Shown: positions 60,601 through 64,000 of the stretch, in pieces
Layout: each line of letters starts with the position of its first letter
How positions within the stretch are numbered: position 1 is the stretch's first letter
Virus record (IMG/VR): IMGVR_UViG_3300002307_002134
Span: 32,001-96,000 of that record
Strand: one strand, 5' to 3'
Origin: a virus
DNA: 64,000 nucleotides
Translations under genes and position numbers: made by a program
Notes under the pieces: generated by a model
What the model was told of the DNA's origin: nothing
Seen by the model: only the letters and a program-made list of their open reading frames with translations
Database searches by the model: none

Positions 60601-62490
60601 ATAAATGGTATTATAGCCCATAATACCGATGGTTTCAACTTTGCATTCCCAGATAATATTGATGATATAAAATATGTGGCTAAAGGAAATCACTGGAAAA
60701 CCAAAGATGATGGAGGAAAAGAACTTGTAGGTTTGGATGCGGTTCTATCTGAGTTCAACGAGAACTATATGGAAGGTCGTATGGGGTTGGATATTGACGA
60801 TATTTGTAACTCTACAATTAACTTTGCTCGTAAGAATTACGCAAATGATATTGATGGGAAAATCAAGCTTGTGGGTAACTCTATCAAGTCTAAAAAGATG
60901 TCAGTTTACATCGAAGATTTTTTGGGCAAAGCTATTCGTATGTTGCTAGATGGTGATGGTCATTCCTTTATCAACTTCTACTATGAATACGTAGATAAAA
61001 TTTACAATTATCAAATTCCACTGGTTAAAATCGCAACCAAAGCCAAAATTAAGTCTAGCATGGCCGATTACAGAAAGAAGGCCAAAATGAAGAATAAAGC
61101 TGGTAATCCAATGCCTAAACAAGCACACATGGAGTTGGCTTTGAAAGATGGTTTAGATGTTACTTTGGGAGATGTGTTATATTACGTTAATACTGGTAAT
61201 TCAAAATCACAAGGTGATTTAAAAACCATAAACAGGTCTAAATTAACCAAGAAACAATTAGAGAAATACACAGCTGAACATGGACATGCACCTACATCAG
61301 AAGTTATGGTTCAATTGAGTTGTCGTCTTATCGAACCAGAAATAGTTGAACGTGATTTTGAAATGGTAAAAGAACTTGAAATGCTTAAAAAAGCAATAGA
61401 AAAAAATGATGAAATGGAATCAAGTGATTTGGCAGCTTTGAATGCAAGAATTGACGAAATCAACTCAAGTTTGTTTACCGATGATTACAATGTTGCTCGT
61501 TATTTGGATGCTTTTAATAAGAAAGTAAAACCACTTTTGGTTTGTTTCAATCCAGAAATCCGTAGCAAGATTCTTTTGGATATTATTAAGGTGAAAGACA
61601 AAACTACCAAAACAACAACTGAAGTTTTAAAAGAACGTGTAATCTTTACCAAAGGTGAATGTGAACTTGTATCTGGTATGCCATTCAAAGATGGTGACCA
61701 AGATTCTTACCAAGAACTTATGACCATGGAAGACAAGGAAATCAAGTTTTGGGATAAGGTAAACAAGTTACCTAACTACATGGAACAAACAACATGGGAT
61801 GCTATAAGAGCTGATTATCATGTACGTATGGCCAAAGCCAAAGCTGATGGAATACAACATGAAAAAGAATCTTTGGATGCAATCTTTAAACGTTTGGAGG
61901 TTAAAGACCTTAATGCTGTTGTCAATAAAGGTAAATTGCCAGTGGATGTGTTTATCATTGCAGATATTGCAAATGATATGAGTGGAAATCTTGTTTCAAG
62001 AAAATGGAATGAACCACTGTGTCATATCGAAGATATTTTCAAATATGAAAAAGAAGCTATTGAGCGTGACAAATATTACCGATTAACAGGTAATGAAAAT
62101 GATGATAATAGATACGAAGCTTGGATGGATTACTTGGCTGAACAAGCTTTCATGACTGGTGATACAGAAACCATCAATGATACAAATATTGATGTGGTTG
62201 TTATTGAAAAACCCAAATCAGAAATAGTTGTTGAATTGCTTAAAGAAAAAGCAAGTCAGATTGAGCTTCCAAAAGAGGAAAAGAAAAAGAAAAATTATTC
62301 AAAAGGTGATGAAGATGATGATGAACTTGAAATGGAAGAAGATGAAAATGGTAATCTTACCAGAACCGAAGAAATATTAAACTTGGATGACGAGTTTGAT
62401 GATACGTTCGGTGAAAAACCAGATGGTTATGTTTTCGAAGAAAAGAAAGAGGAACCTAAAATAGAAGAAGATGACGAATGGCCATTCTAA
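57688..62490 (+). CDS. Family B DNA polymerase with intein
   Basis: Exo motifs DLETEG and GYNSENFD; DFAALYP, KILANSWFG, GD|TDG and KNYA. Confidence 0.95.
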   Translation: MSLKKQELTNEQIESFLQGSDPQKYIVAIEAEYNTPTVTLIINDPESGKRKEEHKYEPFLWFKEDITRKMYEGKRMEIIKAREKHGITFKKLRTSNDEGYTPPRMENGYKYIAQTKRSYNDLINFFKEGGIDVFSKENSKMFVMFSPTEQFLIQTGKRLFKGMDDYDDVHRFQFDLETEGLFASKNAIFQIGVRDNRGIEHVLETIGNNPQEKRDSERENIIKFFKIIDFIKPDIITGYNSENFDWPYLFERSERLNIPITEVAITLNRASKIKRKASTLKLGGETEAYNQTHMYGYNILDISHAVRRAMAINSEIKGWGLKYITQYSGIAKPNRVYVPGDKINSTWRDTENQYAFNDKDGDWYKITEKNTLKEDYKIVTGAYIVQRYLCDDLWETEQIDNLYNQASFLIAKMLPTTFMRSSTMGTAGQWKLIMSAWSYQNGLAIPETQTKRDFTGGLSRLLEVGYAKNVVKLDFAALYPKTQLTWLIFPDLDISGVMRGILTYVVDTRDHFKFLTGIEKKKAKNLQAKLDEDKANMTKEEIDKMKKDIAEHKRLSNLYDKKQLPLKILANSWFGSYGAPYIFNWGDTDSAEETTCRGRQSLRLMVRHFTEKHEFKPLVGDSVTFDTPVYIRYKSQKNYINILPLCDLFNEDSEFLDADKFRDFEEKPFEVLTRNGWKDIKYVYRHRTDKNIHRITTKDRLINVTEDHSLFQNGEEIKPSELKRFDSIDTYEIPKNNVDTGLNVNIAYLSGFFLGDGSANCSSRTQKYKSIKTGEVHINKGKRSDWKISNSRIELLEKLQTILKDEYGIDGVIKNNMKSSGVYNLIVHNVDFANNFCEHFYTSYREKKIPYMILNASEEIKKAFIEGVFASDGYGDTIEDCSDIGMKSQIAMAGIALLLKELNIEYKIKTRSDKQNFISFSLKNRNRNNSSFTDKTKKKTNEVWKNEIILNKDKNNFVYDISTEDGTFICGINGIIAHNTDGFNFAFPDNIDDIKYVAKGNHWKTKDDGGKELVGLDAVLSEFNENYMEGRMGLDIDDICNSTINFARKNYANDIDGKIKLVGNSIKSKKMSVYIEDFLGKAIRMLLDGDGHSFINFYYEYVDKIYNYQIPLVKIATKAKIKSSMADYRKKAKMKNKAGNPMPKQAHMELALKDGLDVTLGDVLYYVNTGNSKSQGDLKTINRSKLTKKQLEKYTAEHGHAPTSEVMVQLSCRLIEPEIVERDFEMVKELEMLKKAIEKNDEMESSDLAALNARIDEINSSLFTDDYNVARYLDAFNKKVKPLLVCFNPEIRSKILLDIIKVKDKTTKTTTEVLKERVIFTKGECELVSGMPFKDGDQDSYQELMTMEDKEIKFWDKVNKLPNYMEQTTWDAIRADYHVRMAKAKADGIQHEKESLDAIFKRLEVKDLNAVVNKGKLPVDVFIIADIANDMSGNLVSRKWNEPLCHIEDIFKYEKEAIERDKYYRLTGNENDDNRYEAWMDYLAEQAFMTGDTETINDTNIDVVVIEKPKSEIVVELLKEKASQIELPKEEKKKKNYSKGDEDDDELEMEEDENGNLTRTEEILNLDDEFDDTFGEKPDGYVFEEKKEEPKIEEDDEWPF
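59551..60624 (+). mobile_element. Intein (358 aa, Ser1, Thr+1) with LAGLIDADG endonuclease in the PolB catalytic motif
   Basis: GD|SVTFDTP...TEDH...GFFLGDG...FIEGVFASDG...IAHN|TDG. Confidence 0.93.
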
Positions 62491-62494
62491 AATT

Positions 62495-62524
62495 AAAAAG
62501 GGATAGTTAACTATCCCTTTTTTT
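62495..62524. terminator. Bidirectional terminator between convergent genes
   Basis: A5-GGGATAG-TTAA-CTATCCC-T7. Confidence 0.85.
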
Positions 62525-63665
62525 AATATACCCAGAATCCTAGTGGGTGATGTTTTAAGTTTCTATTTAGATATTCAGCTTCATTGGCAGAACGCTCTAA
62601 CTGTGCGGTTGTTGAAAGTCTGAGCAACCTTGCATCTAATCGTTCCAACACTGCTTTTCTTTCATCGTTACCTTCACTAATAAGAGTTTCATAATCCATT
62701 GTTCTTTCAGCCTCTGGAGGTCCAACAATACCACCAAATTTACCACGAGTTCTACCTAGTGCTCTTTTTCCTTCAGCAATAAACAATTGACGAACAAGAG
62801 TTTTAGTTGGTTCATTGAAATCAGCGTAATCCAATTTTGCCAATGGAACTTGGTTAGGCATTTTGATAATATCTGGATTATCTTTTAAGCATTGGTCAAT
62901 ATTTTCTGGTGTTGTATCGTAATAGAAATACCATACTTGACATCCAGTCAAATTGATAGAACTGCCTACACCGCCAATACCTTGACCAAAAGAAAATTTA
63001 GAACCTGGTGTTGACAATAAATGCAACAATTTGGTTCCGTTAGGGCCAGCTGTAATTTTATAAACTAGCTCACTTCTAATAATACGATTTTTAAGGTTCA
63101 TATCAGCAGCTGTCAATAAGATATCAAACGCTGGTGCTATGTAATAACCCATACGAGCAAATCCTGGTCCGCCAGTACCTGTACCACCACCTGTTTGTGC
63201 AAAACCACCACCGAAACCGTAGTCTATAGCACCGTAGTTAGCTAGCAAAGCTTGGCTGGTTGCTGGTGGGGTAATCCAAAGAACTTCATTTACTTCACGT
63301 CCAGCTGGAATTTGATAAACTTGTCTACCAGATTCTAATTCAACGTAATCTTTTTTAAGTTCCCAAGGACCATTAGCTTGAAGACCGACTTGTTTTGAGT
63401 ATGCATATGTTGCTTGTTGTACATAATCAAGTGTTCTAACACTAAGAGCAAATGACATATCAGTAGTTGTGATATTGTGCCCTAAAAGTGATTGCCATTG
63501 GTGTTCAATAAGCCATTCTTGAACATATTGTGCATAATCTTCAATTGAAATTTCAAGAAAAGTACACAGTTGTTCGTCAGTCAATTCAATTTGACGTGTA
63601 GGAGCACCTAACGAATGTCTGAACTGCCTAAATAATTTTTCTTTATCTGCTGTACTTATTGCCAT
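62523..63665 (-). CDS. Neck/head-completion protein (T4 gp13-like)
   Basis: LGAP..QIELTDEQL N-terminus and K..LG..RGKF...P C-terminus. Confidence 0.75.
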   Translation of the reverse strand: MAISTADKEKLFRQFRHSLGAPTRQIELTDEQLCTFLEISIEDYAQYVQEWLIEHQWQSLLGHNITTTDMSFALSVRTLDYVQQATYAYSKQVGLQANGPWELKKDYVELESGRQVYQIPAGREVNEVLWITPPATSQALLANYGAIDYGFGGGFAQTGGGTGTGGPGFARMGYYIAPAFDILLTAADMNLKNRIIRSELVYKITAGPNGTKLLHLLSTPGSKFSFGQGIGGVGSSINLTGCQVWYFYYDTTPENIDQCLKDNPDIIKMPNQVPLAKLDYADFNEPTKTLVRQLFIAEGKRALGRTRGKFGGIVGPPEAERTMDYETLISEGNDERKAVLERLDARLLRLSTTAQLERSANEAEYLNRNLKHHPLGFWVY

Positions 63666-63786
63666 AATTAATCTTTTCTTATAAATATAAGTAAAAGGGA
63701 AATTAGCCTAAAAACTTCTTGGTCAATAATATTTTTAGTACCAAACATGTCTTTTAGTGATATAGTTGATATTTATTATTATTATT

Positions 63787-64000
63787 ATGGAAAAAGAAAT
63801 TAAATTTATAAACAAAGCAAAAACCATACACAATAATAAGTATGATTATTCTAAAATTATTTATAATGGGATTAAAAGTAAAGTTAAAATAATATGTCCA
63901 GAACATGGTATATTTGAACAAACACCACACCATCATATTACTAGAAAACAAGGTTGCCCTAAATGTAGATACGTAAATATTAGTGTAAAAACTAGGTCAA
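63787..64000 (+). mobile_element. N-terminus of a probable homing endonuclease with a CPxHG...CPxC Zn repeat (runs off the window)
   Basis: MEKEIKFINKAKTIHNNKYDYSK...IICPEHGIFEQTPHHH...GCPKC; ATATTTAT motif upstream. Confidence 0.7.

Noticed and set aside
63754-63951. 65-aa minus-strand ORF
   Set aside because: Shadow of the plus-strand CPxHG endonuclease gene starting at 63787.
1-64000. Stop-codon reassignment as in some jumbo phages
   Set aside because: Conserved genes are full length in the standard code, and TAG and TGA occur as real stops.

Overview
AT-rich, gene-dense segment of a large T4-like (jumbo) myophage using the standard genetic code. The host is probably Bacteroidota, inferred from (C/T)TTG-N20-TAnnTTTG promoters and A-rich leaders without Shine-Dalgarno sites. 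Layout: head module (portal, prohead protease, scaffold, major capsid protein), galE, minus-strand baseplate/virion genes and a gp55-like late sigma factor, a ~16 kb glycosylation island, a nucleotide-metabolism block crowded with homing endonucleases, a glycosyltransferase with two inteins, a ~14 kb block of fibre/decoration genes with duplicated modules, a family B DNA polymerase with an intein, and a neck protein. The strongest candidate for an undescribed system is phage-encoded virion O-glycosylation: about a dozen glycosyltransferases plus sugar-modifying enzymes, together with a [S/T]-[G/A]-x-T motif that recurs in surface virion proteins but is nearly absent from enzymes. Other highlights are a split-intein 'fractured' IMPDH/GMP-reductase gene spliced at its catalytic Cys, a homing endonuclease that appears to have inserted with a replacement 5' end of its target gene, and a structured 5'-leader RNA. 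All family assignments come from motif recognition by eye; no database searches were run.
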